64,000 nucleotides of DNA from Bacillota bacterium. Lineage in GTDB: Bacteria; Bacillota; DTU025. The stretch covers positions 1,472,001 to 1,536,000 of the forward strand of contig JBMNJT010000002.1 of the NCBI GenBank assembly GCA_050951805.1. Reading direction: 5' to 3'. Under the pieces are notes generated by a model. The model did not search any database, was not told where the DNA came from, and worked only from the letters and a program-made list of their open reading frames with translations. The position numbers and the translations under genes are program-made. Of this stretch, positions 50,797 through 61,664 are shown in pieces (the stretch's first letter is position 1; each line of letters begins with the position of its first letter).

Positions 50797-53562
50797 CTAC
50801 TTCGCTTCCATCCACGATTTTCCCCAGGCGATGTCGACTTTGAGCGGAACTGAGAGCGCCATGGCGCCGCTCATCTCCTCATTTACAATTTCCACGACTT
50901 CCTCGAGTTCATCTTGAGGTGCTTCGAGAACGAGTTCGTCATGGACTTGAAGAAGCAGGTTCGCCGAGTAGCAGCCATCTCGCAGCCTCTTTTGCACCCC
51001 TACCATTGCGCGCTTTATTATGTCGGCCGCAGAGCCTTGAATCGGCGTGTTCATGGCAACCCTCTCCGCGAACTTGCGAACCTGGAACGACGGACTCGAC
51101 AGCTCAGGCAGATATCGTCTTCGATTCATGAGCGTTGTTACGTACCCGTCCATCTTGGCCTGGGCTACAATGGAGTCCATGTAGTTTCTCACTCCACTAT
51201 ATTTCTCAAAGTACTTGTTTATGAATTCCTTAGCTTCCCTTGGGCTGACTCCTATGTTCTTTGCAAGTCCGTAGTCGCTTATTCCATACACAATCCCAAA
51301 GTTCACGGCCTTCGCACGGGAGCGCATCTCGGGCGTAACCTCGTCAAAATCCACGCCAAATACGGCCGCCGCAGTTCTACGATGGATATCTTCATCCGCG
51401 AGGAATGACTCGACAAGCGCGGCATCCTGTGATATGTGGGCCAACACACGCAATTCGATCTGGGAGTAGTCCGCGCTGATTATGGACCAGTCCTCATAGC
51501 CAGGGATGAACACATCCCTTATTCTCCTTCCCTCTTCAGTCCTAATAGGTATGTTCTGCAGATTGGGATCAGCACTCGAAAGACGGCCCGTGGCTGTTAC
51601 AGTCTGATTGAAGCTCGTATGTATCCTGCCTGTTTTTGAATTCACAAGCTCCGGGAGCGCGTCCACATATGTAGACTTGAGCTTAGAAATCTCCCTGTAA
51701 TCTACGACTTTCTGTATTATCGGATGACTGTTGGCGAGGCTTTCGAGGACTTCGGCATCTGTGGAATACCCGGTCTTGGTCTTCTTCTGCGGCGGCAAGC
51801 CGAGCCTGTCAAAGAGGACATGCCCCAATTGCTTCGTGGAATTCACATTGAACTCCTCGCCCGCTAAAGAATAGATATCGGCCACCAACTGGTCGAGCCT
51901 CCCATCCATTTCCCTTGAAAGCTCACCAAGGCGCTTCGAGTCGACCTTGATTCCGGTCATCTCCATCTCCGCCAAAGTCGCGGCGAGAGGCATCTCTACA
52001 TCGCGGTACAGCTTGTCCATACCACTGGAGGATATCGAAGCAAGCAGCGTAGCCTCGAGTTCGGGTAGCGTCCTCAGACACTCGCCGCACATTACTGCCA
52101 TCTCCGAAACTTCAGGACAGTAACTCGCATTCCTCGCCTTCTTCGCCCCAGACTCGATGGCCTCCCTCACATCAGGAATCTCCACACCGAGCCATCTCTC
52201 TGCCACATCGCACAATTGCGCATTGGGCGACCCTGGATCCACAAGATACGAGGCGATCATGCTGTCGAACGTGACTCCAGAAAGCTCACACCCGATCGAC
52301 CTGAGAAGGATGGTCTTTTCTTTTGAGTCATGGCACAGCTTTTCAATATCCGTGTCGGCCAATACATCGCCGAAGATATCGGCTACCGCCTCGACGGAAA
52401 GCCTTCCTTCTCCATTTCCTACAGGAACGTATGCGCTGAGGCCCTCAGCCTGAAAGGCAATGCCCTCAACCCTTGCTGTCATCGCTCGTGGCCCTACCCC
52501 GATCACATCAAGACCGAATCTGCCACAATTTTTCAGGCGATTCGCAAGCTCTCGCCCACTCTCCTCAGCACTGACGATCTCCGTCTTTGGGCCTTGCCCA
52601 ATCCCGGCTTGTGAGCCGCTGTTAACATTTACAGCCGGGACCGCAAAAAGCCCGCCGGAGTTCTCTCCGGACGCGCCTGTCCCTGAAAGCCCCAACCTCT
52701 TAATGAGTGCGCGGAAATCCTGTTTTTGCAAAAACCCCGCAAGCCTCTGCGGATCTTGCCTGAGCATGCAGCATTCCTCTATATCAATACCCACGGGAGC
52801 GTTGCAGTCGATGGTGGCAAGACGCTTGCTCTTCAAAGCAACATCGCCATATTCCAGCAAGTTGTTGCGCAGACGTTCGCCCTTTAAGGAATGGACATTC
52901 TCCAGCACATTCTCGACGGTTCCCAACTCAGATACGAGTCGCATAGCCGTCTTCTCGCCCACACCCGGCACGCCCGGCAGATTGTCGGACGGGTCCCCCA
53001 TCAACCCTTTGAAATCAGGAACAAACTCGGGGCCAAACCCGTACTTCTCCCTCACCTCATCGGGGCCATACTCCTCAAATTTGGATATTCCTTTGCGCGT
53101 AAGAACTACCCTCACATTGTCAGACACCAGCTGAAGCGCGTCCTTGTCCCCTGTAACAATGACCGCCTCGTCCCCGGCCTCCTCTGCCATGCGGGCAATG
53201 GTTCCAATGACGTCATCCGCCTCCCAGCCATCCAGTTCAGCAAGGGTGAATCCAAACGCCTCCGCCGCTTCGCGGATTATGGGCATCTGCACCCTGAGCG
53301 AGTCGTCCATAGGTTTCCTGGTCGCCTTGTAATCCTCGAACTGCTCATGCCTGAAGGTAGGCGATGGCCTATCGAAAGCACATACTCCGCCATCGAAATC
53401 CCCCTCTTCAAGCATTTTTGCTACCATGTTGCAAAAACCAAGCACCGCATTGGTGGGCATTCCGTCTGCCCGCGTGAGCGTCGCCGGAAGAGCGTAGTAG
53501 GCCCTATGCGCCAAGCTGTGACCGTCTATTATCAGGATCTTACGTCCCTTGTGTTCTTCCAA
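50797..53562 (-). CDS. polA: DNA polymerase I
   Basis: 5'-3' exonuclease domain (IDGHSLAHRAYY, EADD, GDKD); DYSQIELR, KAVNFGIVYG and QVHDEL motifs. Confidence 0.98.
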   Translation of the reverse strand: MEEHKGRKILIIDGHSLAHRAYYALPATLTRADGMPTNAVLGFCNMVAKMLEEGDFDGGVCAFDRPSPTFRHEQFEDYKATRKPMDDSLRVQMPIIREAAEAFGFTLAELDGWEADDVIGTIARMAEEAGDEAVIVTGDKDALQLVSDNVRVVLTRKGISKFEEYGPDEVREKYGFGPEFVPDFKGLMGDPSDNLPGVPGVGEKTAMRLVSELGTVENVLENVHSLKGERLRNNLLEYGDVALKSKRLATIDCNAPVGIDIEECCMLRQDPQRLAGFLQKQDFRALIKRLGLSGTGASGENSGGLFAVPAVNVNSGSQAGIGQGPKTEIVSAEESGRELANRLKNCGRFGLDVIGVGPRAMTARVEGIAFQAEGLSAYVPVGNGEGRLSVEAVADIFGDVLADTDIEKLCHDSKEKTILLRSIGCELSGVTFDSMIASYLVDPGSPNAQLCDVAERWLGVEIPDVREAIESGAKKARNASYCPEVSEMAVMCGECLRTLPELEATLLASISSSGMDKLYRDVEMPLAATLAEMEMTGIKVDSKRLGELSREMDGRLDQLVADIYSLAGEEFNVNSTKQLGHVLFDRLGLPPQKKTKTGYSTDAEVLESLANSHPIIQKVVDYREISKLKSTYVDALPELVNSKTGRIHTSFNQTVTATGRLSSADPNLQNIPIRTEEGRRIRDVFIPGYEDWSIISADYSQIELRVLAHISQDAALVESFLADEDIHRRTAAAVFGVDFDEVTPEMRSRAKAVNFGIVYGISDYGLAKNIGVSPREAKEFINKYFEKYSGVRNYMDSIVAQAKMDGYVTTLMNRRRYLPELSSPSFQVRKFAERVAMNTPIQGSAADIIKRAMVGVQKRLRDGCYSANLLLQVHDELVLEAPQDELEEVVEIVNEEMSGAMALSVPLKVDIAWGKSWMEAK

Positions 53563-53716
53563 AACGATTATTCCTCCCCGCTAAATCTTCGGATATTCTT
53601 CCACAGGTATGGCGCAAATACCTTCTGAGGCCTCATGTGCCTCAAACTGCTTGAAGGATATGGCAGTAGTATGGTGAACACAACCATACGGACCTTAATC
53701 CTCGACGAAAGGAGCA

Positions 53717-54961
53717 GTGAACATGGCTTCGAAGAAGCTGATTATAGGGGCTGCGCTGGCATTCGCCATTATCCTGAGCGTGGCATCGATTCCAACTTCG
53801 GGCTTTGCGGCTGGAGCCGCGGCCCCAAAGGCACTCTCCGTCCCGAAAGCAGAGCTTTCCGACATAGACGGGCACTGGGCGGAGGGAGCCATAAACACCC
53901 TTGTAAAAATGGGAGTAATTGCCGGGTATCCTGACGGCACATTCAGGCCTGAGGAACCTGTGACAAGGGCCGAACTTTCGAAAATAGTGGCCCGGACGTT
54001 TGGATACGCCCCCACTGTTGACACGAAGTTTTCGGACATGGAAGGTCACTGGGCAGAACCCTTTGTATCCGCCCTTGACACTGCGGAAGTCGTAACAGGT
54101 TACCCCGACGGGACGTTCAGGCCCGCTCAGAACGTTTCCAGGGCTGAGCTCGCGGCCATTCTAGCGCGCGTGGCCCAACTCGGAAAAGTGGGAGTTGCAG
54201 ACGCCTCCTCCTGGACACCTACGTACAGGGACGTCGACTCGACACACTGGGCCTTCAGACACGTTGAGGTAGCCAGAAGGCTGGACATTATTCCAATCCA
54301 CTTTGGTTTAGTATTCGAGCCCGACCGGCCCGCGACCCGTGCAGAAACCGCGCACATGGTCAAGTCTTTGGCAGAGTCCGAGTTTGCAAGGGGCACCGTC
54401 GCCCAGGTAAACAAGAGCGCTGAAACACTCAGCCTTAGAAATGCGGCCGGCAACACGCAGACGATTCAAATTGACCCCGAGACAATCGTCTATAGGAATG
54501 GAGTCGCGTCAGACCTGGAGTCTATCCGCGAAAACGACTCCGTATACGCCGTTGGGACGGGCTACGGTGCAACCAGATTCGTCATGGCAGAAGGTGCAGT
54601 CACACGCGAGGACATCACGCGAAAAGTGAGCGCCCTCACTGACGGCATCATCACGCCAGAACAGGTGGATGCCATATCCCGTGGGAAATGGGATGAGGCC
54701 CGGAACGGAATGAGCCCAGCACTGGCCCAGAGGCTCGTAGAAATGGGCTTGACCGAAGAGGAAGCCCAGGCTCTCCTCGCCGAAGAGTGGGACGCCCTGC
54801 CTGAACTGGCTCAGAGACGTCTGGCAATGGCTCTGTCCGAAGAGATTGGAGTATCACCTGAGCTCATAGAGTCCATCATGAATCGAGATTGGAAATCCGC
54901 GCGCAGCTATGCTGAGCTCGAGGTAGCAGAGCTTCTGCTCTCAAGATTCTTGAACATGTAA
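53717..54961 (+). CDS. S-layer homology (SLH x3) domain protein
   Basis: Signal peptide; SDIDGHWA...GYPDGTFRP...TRAE repeated three times. Confidence 0.9.
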   Translation: MNMASKKLIIGAALAFAIILSVASIPTSGFAAGAAAPKALSVPKAELSDIDGHWAEGAINTLVKMGVIAGYPDGTFRPEEPVTRAELSKIVARTFGYAPTVDTKFSDMEGHWAEPFVSALDTAEVVTGYPDGTFRPAQNVSRAELAAILARVAQLGKVGVADASSWTPTYRDVDSTHWAFRHVEVARRLDIIPIHFGLVFEPDRPATRAETAHMVKSLAESEFARGTVAQVNKSAETLSLRNAAGNTQTIQIDPETIVYRNGVASDLESIRENDSVYAVGTGYGATRFVMAEGAVTREDITRKVSALTDGIITPEQVDAISRGKWDEARNGMSPALAQRLVEMGLTEEEAQALLAEEWDALPELAQRRLAMALSEEIGVSPELIESIMNRDWKSARSYAELEVAELLLSRFLNM

Positions 54962-55189
54962 AGGTGCGCCACCCGAACCTGGCTGCCAACAGACTTGTTC
55001 TCGTCGCTAGGCAGCAGGCAACATGTTTCGCCGCCGCGTTGGAACAAACAGCGCGGCGGCGGCGTCTCTTCAGAGTGAAAGCAGGTTGTGTATGAATACG
55101 CTGGTTTCAGGATATGGCCTTCTCATCTTGAAGGAATCAAAAGTAAGAGACAAGAAGATTGACATCCGAAACTGAGGCAATAACTAGTA

Positions 55190-56638
55190 TTGGAGGGTGC
55201 TGTAATGCTTCGCCTACGACACAACGTCATCTGGATACTGGCATCGGCAGTCCTGTTAATCGGAATTGCGTCGACTTTTCTACGGCCCACGGCGATTGGC
55301 GCTCAGAAGGGAGCCGATAACTCCATGGAACTAACCATATACAATTCAGACCTCGCGCTCGTAAAAGAGACGAGGTGCCTCGAGATCCCAGAGGGCCTTT
55401 CCACGGTGTTGTTTCCTAATATATCGGCCCGGATAAACCCGGCCACTGTAAGTTTCGTCTCTCTCACATCTCCAGAGGAAGTCAGAGTGCGCGAGCAGAA
55501 CTACGAATATGATCTTGTTGAAGACACAAAACTCATGCAGAGATTCGTCGGTGAGAAGATTCAAGTTACCACGAAAGGCGGGCGCGCCTACACAGGATAT
55601 TTGCTGAGCGGGGCAAAAGGATCCGCCCCTTCCAACATCATCATGTCGGAAGGTCCAAACGGCACAGGCCAAGTCTACACCGTGCAACTAAGCGATGTTC
55701 AGTCAGTAGAGTATCCCAGCCTTCCGGAAGGCCTGATTACTCGTCCCACCCTGGCGTGGCTGGTGTCTAACAACTCCATAACCCGAAACCATGACTGCTT
55801 GGTAACGTACCTCACTGGTGGACTTTCTTGGGCAGCAGACTACGTGGCTATCATCGGACCAAACGACGATAATCTGGACCTTCGCGGTTGGGTCACTGTG
55901 ACTAACGAATCCGGAGCCACATTTAAGGATGCAAAGCTCAAACTCGTGGCCGGAGACGTGCACCAGGTGCAAGAGGAGATGTACGACGTAGTAAGGGCAA
56001 CAGCAAAAGTCCTTGACGCTGGAACGGGGCCTACATTTGAGGAGAAGCCGTTCTTCGAGTATCACCTTTACACTCTTCAGTTTCCAACAACACTAAAGGA
56101 AAACCAGATCAAACAGATAGAGCTTCTGGCAGCAAGCTCGATTCCGGCTAGAAAATTGCTGGTATACGACGGTGCAAGGCAAGGAACAAAGGTCACCACG
56201 ATGCTGGAATTTTGGAACAAAACAGAAAACAACCTCGGGATGCCCCTTCCAAAGGGCGTGATAAGGGTCAGCAAGATGGATACCGACGGTAGCCTGGAAT
56301 TCATCGGCGAAGACAGGATCGACCACACTCCAAAGGACGAGAAAGTCAGAATCGAACTGGGATCAGCCTTCGACGTCGTGGGAGAGCGCTCTGTAATGGG
56401 CACAAAGAGGCTTTCTGACAGAGTCAACGAGCAGACATTCAAAATCGAAGTGCGCAACCACAAGGAGGAGCCAGTGGAAGTCACTGTTCTCGAACACATG
56501 ATGGGCTGGGCCCAGTGGGAGATTGTCAGCTCCAGCACCAAGTGGAACAAAGTAGACGCCAACACGATCGAGTTCCCCACAAAGGCGCCGGCTGGCGGAT
56601 CAACCACGATAACATACACGGTAAGGTATACCTACTAG
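55190..56638 (+). CDS. DUF4139-domain exported protein
   Basis: LTIYNSDLALVKE, EQNYEYDL, YLTGGLSW, EYHLY, LGMPLPKG and GEDRIDHTP motifs. Confidence 0.8.
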   Translation: MEGAVMLRLRHNVIWILASAVLLIGIASTFLRPTAIGAQKGADNSMELTIYNSDLALVKETRCLEIPEGLSTVLFPNISARINPATVSFVSLTSPEEVRVREQNYEYDLVEDTKLMQRFVGEKIQVTTKGGRAYTGYLLSGAKGSAPSNIIMSEGPNGTGQVYTVQLSDVQSVEYPSLPEGLITRPTLAWLVSNNSITRNHDCLVTYLTGGLSWAADYVAIIGPNDDNLDLRGWVTVTNESGATFKDAKLKLVAGDVHQVQEEMYDVVRATAKVLDAGTGPTFEEKPFFEYHLYTLQFPTTLKENQIKQIELLAASSIPARKLLVYDGARQGTKVTTMLEFWNKTENNLGMPLPKGVIRVSKMDTDGSLEFIGEDRIDHTPKDEKVRIELGSAFDVVGERSVMGTKRLSDRVNEQTFKIEVRNHKEEPVEVTVLEHMMGWAQWEIVSSSTKWNKVDANTIEFPTKAPAGGSTTITYTVRYTY

Positions 56639-56919
56639 TCCAGGATCAGACCGGTTCGTAAGCTGAATTCGAGGGTCGCTTTCGGGCGATCCTCCTTGTT
56701 TTCTCTGTCGAAGCCGGCGAAAGCGAAAATCCAGTCAACTTCAATCCGCTTCCTTTGTTCACTCTCTTTTTTCTTGTGTCCTTGGCACACTTTACGTTCG
56801 CTTTATGGGTTATCATATTGATGCATGCTGATGACTCTACTGGCTAACACACCCCGATTCTTCCATATCCCGGAGAGCTGGGGCATGGAAATTTCGATAT
56901 TCTATATCACATTTCGCAT

Positions 56920-56946
56920 GCAGGAATCAGGTTGGCGGTGTTGAAA
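56920..56946 (+). promoter_or_regulatory. SigH-type promoter upstream of nrdJ
   Basis: GCAGGAATC-11nt-GTTGAAA. Confidence 0.5.
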
Positions 56947-57010
56947 ACTGAGTCAATCCTAGAGAGGAGTTCTAGGATCGTAAAGACCCTCTCGAACAGG
57001 AGGAAGATAG

Positions 57011-59770
57011 ATGAGGCCCATCCCGGACTCTGTCCTTGAATGCAAAATGTCTCTTACCCCCGAAGCGCTGACCATCATGGAAAGCCGATATCTGTTAAGA
57101 GACAAGGAAGGGAACATAATCGAAACCCCTGAGGAAATGTGCCTCAGAGTAGCAAGAGAAGCGGCAAGGGCTGGTGCTCAATATGAGGGCACGCGTGAAT
57201 CTGAACCAGAACGAGTGAAGCTCTTTTACTGGCTTCTGGTCAATCATTTGTTTTCGCCAAATTCTCCTACCTGGATGAATGCCGGCACTGAAAGCTCGCA
57301 AAATGCCGCATGCTTCGTCCTACCCGTAGAAGATTCTCTGCCCCAGATATTTGATGCAGTCCGCGGTGCCGCGCTGATACATCAATCCGGAGGCGGAACA
57401 GGATTTGACTTTTCTAATTTACGCCCTCATGGCGATGTCGTAAGATCGACCGGAGGAGTTGCCTCAGGTCCGGTCTCTTTCATGGCTGTGTTCAATGCCG
57501 CCACTGAAACCATCAAGCAAGGCGGAAAACGCCGAGGCGCAAACATAGGGATACTCCGAGTGGATCATCCCGATATCGAATCCTTCATAACGTGCAAAGT
57601 GGAGAATACCGCTCTCTCCAATTTCAATATTTCTGTAGGGATCACAGACGCCTTCATGGCCGCCGTGGAAGCCGACACCGATTACGAACTCATCAATCCC
57701 AGGACGAAGTCGGCAGTGGGAACGAAGAGGGCTCGCGACGTCCTCAACTTAATTGTGGACCACGCATGGAAGAATGGAGAGCCAGGCGTGATATTCCTAG
57801 ATCGAATTGAAGAAGGCAACCCCACCCCTTCGCTAGGCCGCATCACCGCCACGAATCCCTGTGGGGAACAGCCTTTGCTGCCTTACGAGGCATGCAACCT
57901 TGGCAGCGTGAACTTGCAGAAAATGTACCGCGAGGCGCCACTGACCGATGAGGAGCTTGCTGCTGCCCTTGGCACAGGAATTCATCAACCATTGCTCACA
58001 GGCGAGTTCGGAGAGGGCTGCCGCGAGTTAATCACAGATGAGATGCGCCATGTTGACTGGAGTCTCCTTGGCACTGTGGTTCGCGCTTCAGCGGATTTTC
58101 TGGATTCTATAATAGACGTAAGCGAGTATCCCCTCCCAGAGATCGACAAGATGGTAAGGACAACCAGAAAAATCGGTCTTGGTTTCATGGGCCTCGCAGA
58201 TCTTATGATCATGCTCAAAGTACCGTATGCATCGGAAAAAGCAGAACTTCTTGCCGAGCTCATTGCCAAGTTCATCACGGGTGAAGCACGGGCGATGTCG
58301 AGGCGGATGGCTGCAGAACGAGGGCCATTCCCAGCGTTTGCCGAAAGCGTATTCGCCGAAACCGGAGAGCCCCCGCTTCGTAATGCCACTGTCACTACGA
58401 TTGCGCCAACGGGCACCATAAGCATGGTAGCAAACGCTTCTTCAGGGTGCGAGCCCTTGTTCGGCGTGGCATTCACCAAGAGAAACATACTAGGCGGCAA
58501 GTCTCTCACTCAAGTCAACTCGCTGTTTCTTGCCGACGCCAAACAGCGCGGCATATACTCGGACGAGCTGATGGAACGCATTGCTAACAACGGCGGTTCG
58601 CTGGCAGGGATCGATGGCATCCCCTCCGATATGGCAAAGCTATACCAAACAGCATTGGAGATCCCATGGGAGTGGCATGTGCGAATTCAGGCTGCAACAC
58701 AACGAGGCATAGACAATGCGGTATCGAAGACTATTAACTTGCCCAACAACGCCACCCGCGAGGATGTTGGCGCAGCTTACCGGCTCGCCTACTCCCTCGG
58801 CTGCAAAGGCATAACAGTATATCGGACCGGGAGTCGCGAGGTAGAGGTAATCTCGTCCAAAAAGGCTGCAGTTGCTTCGAACGCTCAGCCGGAGCCCTTG
58901 ACGCCTAGAGGACGCAAGCCTTTCACTGTCGATTCCACCCTCTGGGGGAAGCTTCAACCCATCGACAGGCCCGAAACACTGTGCGGCATAACGAAGAGAA
59001 TCGCTACACCATCCGGAACACTCTGGGCCACGCTAAACATGTACGACGGCAAGCCATTTGAGATATTCTGCCAGATAGGCAGGGCCGGCACCGACATATA
59101 TGCGTTCACTGAGAGTATCGCCAGGCTAATCTCGTTAGCTCTCCGTGCAGGGATAGACCCATCTGAAATAGTGCGCCAGCTCAGAGGCATAGGCGGTTCA
59201 GGTCAGGTGGGATTCGGTCCCAACAAAGTGCTCTCGGTACCGGACGCCATAGGTCGAATGTTGGAGCAGTGCATTCAGTCGCGGTACGCCGGCATTGAAT
59301 GGGCCACGCCCCCAAGCCGCGGCGTTGCAGGGCAAACAGCTCCCGAAGACAGTTGGGAAGCAGCGGGAATCGATATCTCGCCCGATGAAGCCACGGTCCA
59401 AGGGCGGCTCCTCTTCATAGACGAGGAAGAGGATACCGCAGTTGACCATGGGGATGCTGCGGAAGACGGAGCAGCCATGGATTTTGAAATCGGAGACCTC
59501 TCTCCAAAACCAGCGCGGCAAGCGGATAACTTTGAAGAAGAGGATCCCTCAGCCGGCAACAATGGTGTAGAATCATCCGAGACCAACAGCCATGCAGATG
59601 GAATGCTTGCCATGTCTGACGATTTCGGAGGACACATGGGCGACCCAGACTACACTTCATCCGGGCATCGCGTGACAAGGCATGATCTATGTCCCCAATG
59701 TGGAAACTACTCGCTGGTATATGCGTCCGGCTGCTCGGAATGTAGGCTGTGCGGATATAGTGCCTGTTAA
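57011..59770 (+). CDS. nrdJ: Adenosylcobalamin-dependent (class II) ribonucleotide reductase with TSCPD domain
   Basis: PNSPTWMNAG, ACFV, QGGKRRGAN, TNPCGEQ, CNLGS, TIAPTGT and C-terminal CPQC...CRLCGYSAC. Confidence 0.93.
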   Translation: MRPIPDSVLECKMSLTPEALTIMESRYLLRDKEGNIIETPEEMCLRVAREAARAGAQYEGTRESEPERVKLFYWLLVNHLFSPNSPTWMNAGTESSQNAACFVLPVEDSLPQIFDAVRGAALIHQSGGGTGFDFSNLRPHGDVVRSTGGVASGPVSFMAVFNAATETIKQGGKRRGANIGILRVDHPDIESFITCKVENTALSNFNISVGITDAFMAAVEADTDYELINPRTKSAVGTKRARDVLNLIVDHAWKNGEPGVIFLDRIEEGNPTPSLGRITATNPCGEQPLLPYEACNLGSVNLQKMYREAPLTDEELAAALGTGIHQPLLTGEFGEGCRELITDEMRHVDWSLLGTVVRASADFLDSIIDVSEYPLPEIDKMVRTTRKIGLGFMGLADLMIMLKVPYASEKAELLAELIAKFITGEARAMSRRMAAERGPFPAFAESVFAETGEPPLRNATVTTIAPTGTISMVANASSGCEPLFGVAFTKRNILGGKSLTQVNSLFLADAKQRGIYSDELMERIANNGGSLAGIDGIPSDMAKLYQTALEIPWEWHVRIQAATQRGIDNAVSKTINLPNNATREDVGAAYRLAYSLGCKGITVYRTGSREVEVISSKKAAVASNAQPEPLTPRGRKPFTVDSTLWGKLQPIDRPETLCGITKRIATPSGTLWATLNMYDGKPFEIFCQIGRAGTDIYAFTESIARLISLALRAGIDPSEIVRQLRGIGGSGQVGFGPNKVLSVPDAIGRMLEQCIQSRYAGIEWATPPSRGVAGQTAPEDSWEAAGIDISPDEATVQGRLLFIDEEEDTAVDHGDAAEDGAAMDFEIGDLSPKPARQADNFEEEDPSAGNNGVESSETNSHADGMLAMSDDFGGHMGDPDYTSSGHRVTRHDLCPQCGNYSLVYASGCSECRLCGYSAC

Positions 59771-60207
59771 CAGATGTAGGGCTCTTCATTCTATATTAGA
59801 TCCTACTAGCTGACATGGATGTCCACGAGCGGGCGGTGGCTGCCTCGGAGACCGGATCTCCTTTGCGCAGCGTCGTCCGCTTGCCAAACCTGTCTGGCCC
59901 TTCCCATAAACCCGTTTTCGTTCCACAAAGCTTAGCGATCCAGGCTGCCGCGGACTTTACTGATCATGCCAGGCTAAAGCTCGATTTCCTTGGCGACTTG
60001 CTTGCGCCAAGGAAATCGTGTTGGCTCGGTCACCCGGCCACGCCCTGAGCAGACCTTGCATCCATCCACGCCCGCAATATTTCTAGACAAAAAACCAACT
60101 GAAAGAGCCTTCCCGACCATGCCTTTGGTCCATCATTGCCTGAAGCACAATGCCGAACTTGGCCCTTCTGCATACTTTGTAGCAGACCAACACGGGAGTG
60201 ATGGCAT

Positions 60208-60936
60208 ATGTCAATGTTCTATGACGAACTCTACGCCATGCAGTATCCTCCATGCCCTGGCGGAACCATTTACATTATCAGAGCAGGCGATACTCTATAC
60301 GCAATCGCACAACGCTTCGGAACCACCGTGAACGCGCTGATTGCCGCGAACCCGGGAATAAACCCCTTGAACCTCATCATTGGCCAACCAATATGCATAC
60401 CGGTCCCGGGTCCAACGCCTGTACCATGTCCAGGGTTTTACTACACAATCCAGCCCGGAGACACCTACTACTTGATCGCACTAAGATACGGCACTACTGT
60501 TGACGCCCTCATTAGAGCTAACCCCGGCGTCGATCCTAACAGGCTTGTGATAGGGCAGAGGATATGCGTGCCTGTTGCAGCGCCTCCGCCAGTGGCGCCC
60601 CGCACCTGCACGGTGGCACTCTCCCCTCGCAGCGGACTAGCGCCGAACGCCGGAGGAGTGCTATGGCTCAGGACGGACCAATTCGGGACGGCACAAGTCC
60701 TTGTCGCAGGAACAAATCTGCCGAATCCGTCGACGATAGGCGCCGAAACTACCTATCGCGCCGTATTCAGCTGGCCAGGCGGCACTGTAAGCGTCCCGCT
60801 CACCCCAGCAACAGGTCAGCTCGGCGTGTGGGTAGGAACTGCCGTACAGAGCTTGCCCTCGGTGGCGTTCACAAGCGGAGCTGTAGATGTCTTCCCTGGT
60901 CCAGTTCTCGGGGCATTCTTGAGGGACTGCAAGTAA
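60208..60936 (+). CDS. LysM (x2) domain protein, SafA-like spore coat or peptidoglycan-binding
   Basis: Two LysM repeats Y.I..GDT...IA.R.GTTV.ALI.ANPG; Pro-rich linkers. Confidence 0.85.
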   Translation: MSMFYDELYAMQYPPCPGGTIYIIRAGDTLYAIAQRFGTTVNALIAANPGINPLNLIIGQPICIPVPGPTPVPCPGFYYTIQPGDTYYLIALRYGTTVDALIRANPGVDPNRLVIGQRICVPVAAPPPVAPRTCTVALSPRSGLAPNAGGVLWLRTDQFGTAQVLVAGTNLPNPSTIGAETTYRAVFSWPGGTVSVPLTPATGQLGVWVGTAVQSLPSVAFTSGAVDVFPGPVLGAFLRDCK

Positions 60937-61039
60937 GGAAGAAACACGAAATCGTATGGCATGTGGCAATGGGGGCCGGCAACCGACCCCCTTGCCGCAC
61001 GCCATTTCGCAGCTCAAAAGATTCGGATAGGTCGACAGG

Positions 61040-61180
61040 GGAACGAAGACGCGTCGAAAGCCTGGAATCGTTCAAGTTGAACTTGAAGAACAACCTCTAC
61101 AATGTCTGGAACAGAATGTCGTTTGCCAGAACTATCTCCATCGCCCGTGAAGACAGCAAAGATACCCATGAAAACCGGCC
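61040..61180 (+). pseudogene. Group II intron reverse transcriptase remnant
   Basis: ESLESFKLNLKNNLYNVWNRMS resembles the RT0/RT1 segment (S.E.FE..LK.NLY..WNRMS); the rest is deleted. Confidence 0.6.
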
Positions 61181-61334
61181 GGGGAAATTGGCCGACGACA
61201 ACACCCATCCTCTCCTGCGAAGAAAGCGATCCGGTAGACCATTCACGACTAAATAACTCCCCATAAGCTTTTGCGCTATCGGTTAGCCTGTCTATGCATT
61301 CAAAGGAATATGTCTATTATTTAGTCGCTTTTCG

Positions 61335-61406
61335 GGCGCGGGTGTCTAGGTTTTAGACTGGTCTGCAAAACCTGCTCGCCCCCGCGGCAAACCTTGGCCG
61401 GCTCCA
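61335..61406 (+). pseudogene. Possible degenerate tRNA-Cys(GCA)
   Basis: GGCGCGG start, GTCT/AGAC D-stem, GGTCTGCAAAACCT anticodon arm and ...CTCCA end; T-arm and acceptor pairing broken. Confidence 0.4.
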
Positions 61407-61664
61407 CGCCGCACGGCGCTTCCCTAGGCTTCTACCGAAGGCTAAATTTACAAGCAAAAGACCTTAGCAGTTCCCCGGCTAGGTCCCAGACAGCGGCAGT
61501 ACAACTCGAGGATCGCGAAGAGATTTGTTGCGGTCTACTTAGCTCTGGCAGCTAGGGATTTTGCCATGGGCTGGCGGAGAAAAATCAGGGTCTGCAACTG
61601 GCTGAGGATAACAAGCATCTGGGAACTCCCCCTGCAGCAGCAAACCACATGCTCCCGGCGCACC

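Noticed and set aside
56640-57010. Cobalamin riboswitch or NrdR box upstream of nrdJ
   Set aside because: No recognisable B12-box or NrdR palindrome by eye
57011-59770. Intein or intron in nrdJ
   Set aside because: The NPCGEQ active site is contiguous, and there are no C...HN-C splice motifs or homing endonuclease signature
59982-60018. Perfect 14-bp inverted repeat CGATTTCCTTGGCG
   Set aside because: Single hairpin with no other copy seen and no U-tract; function cannot be supported
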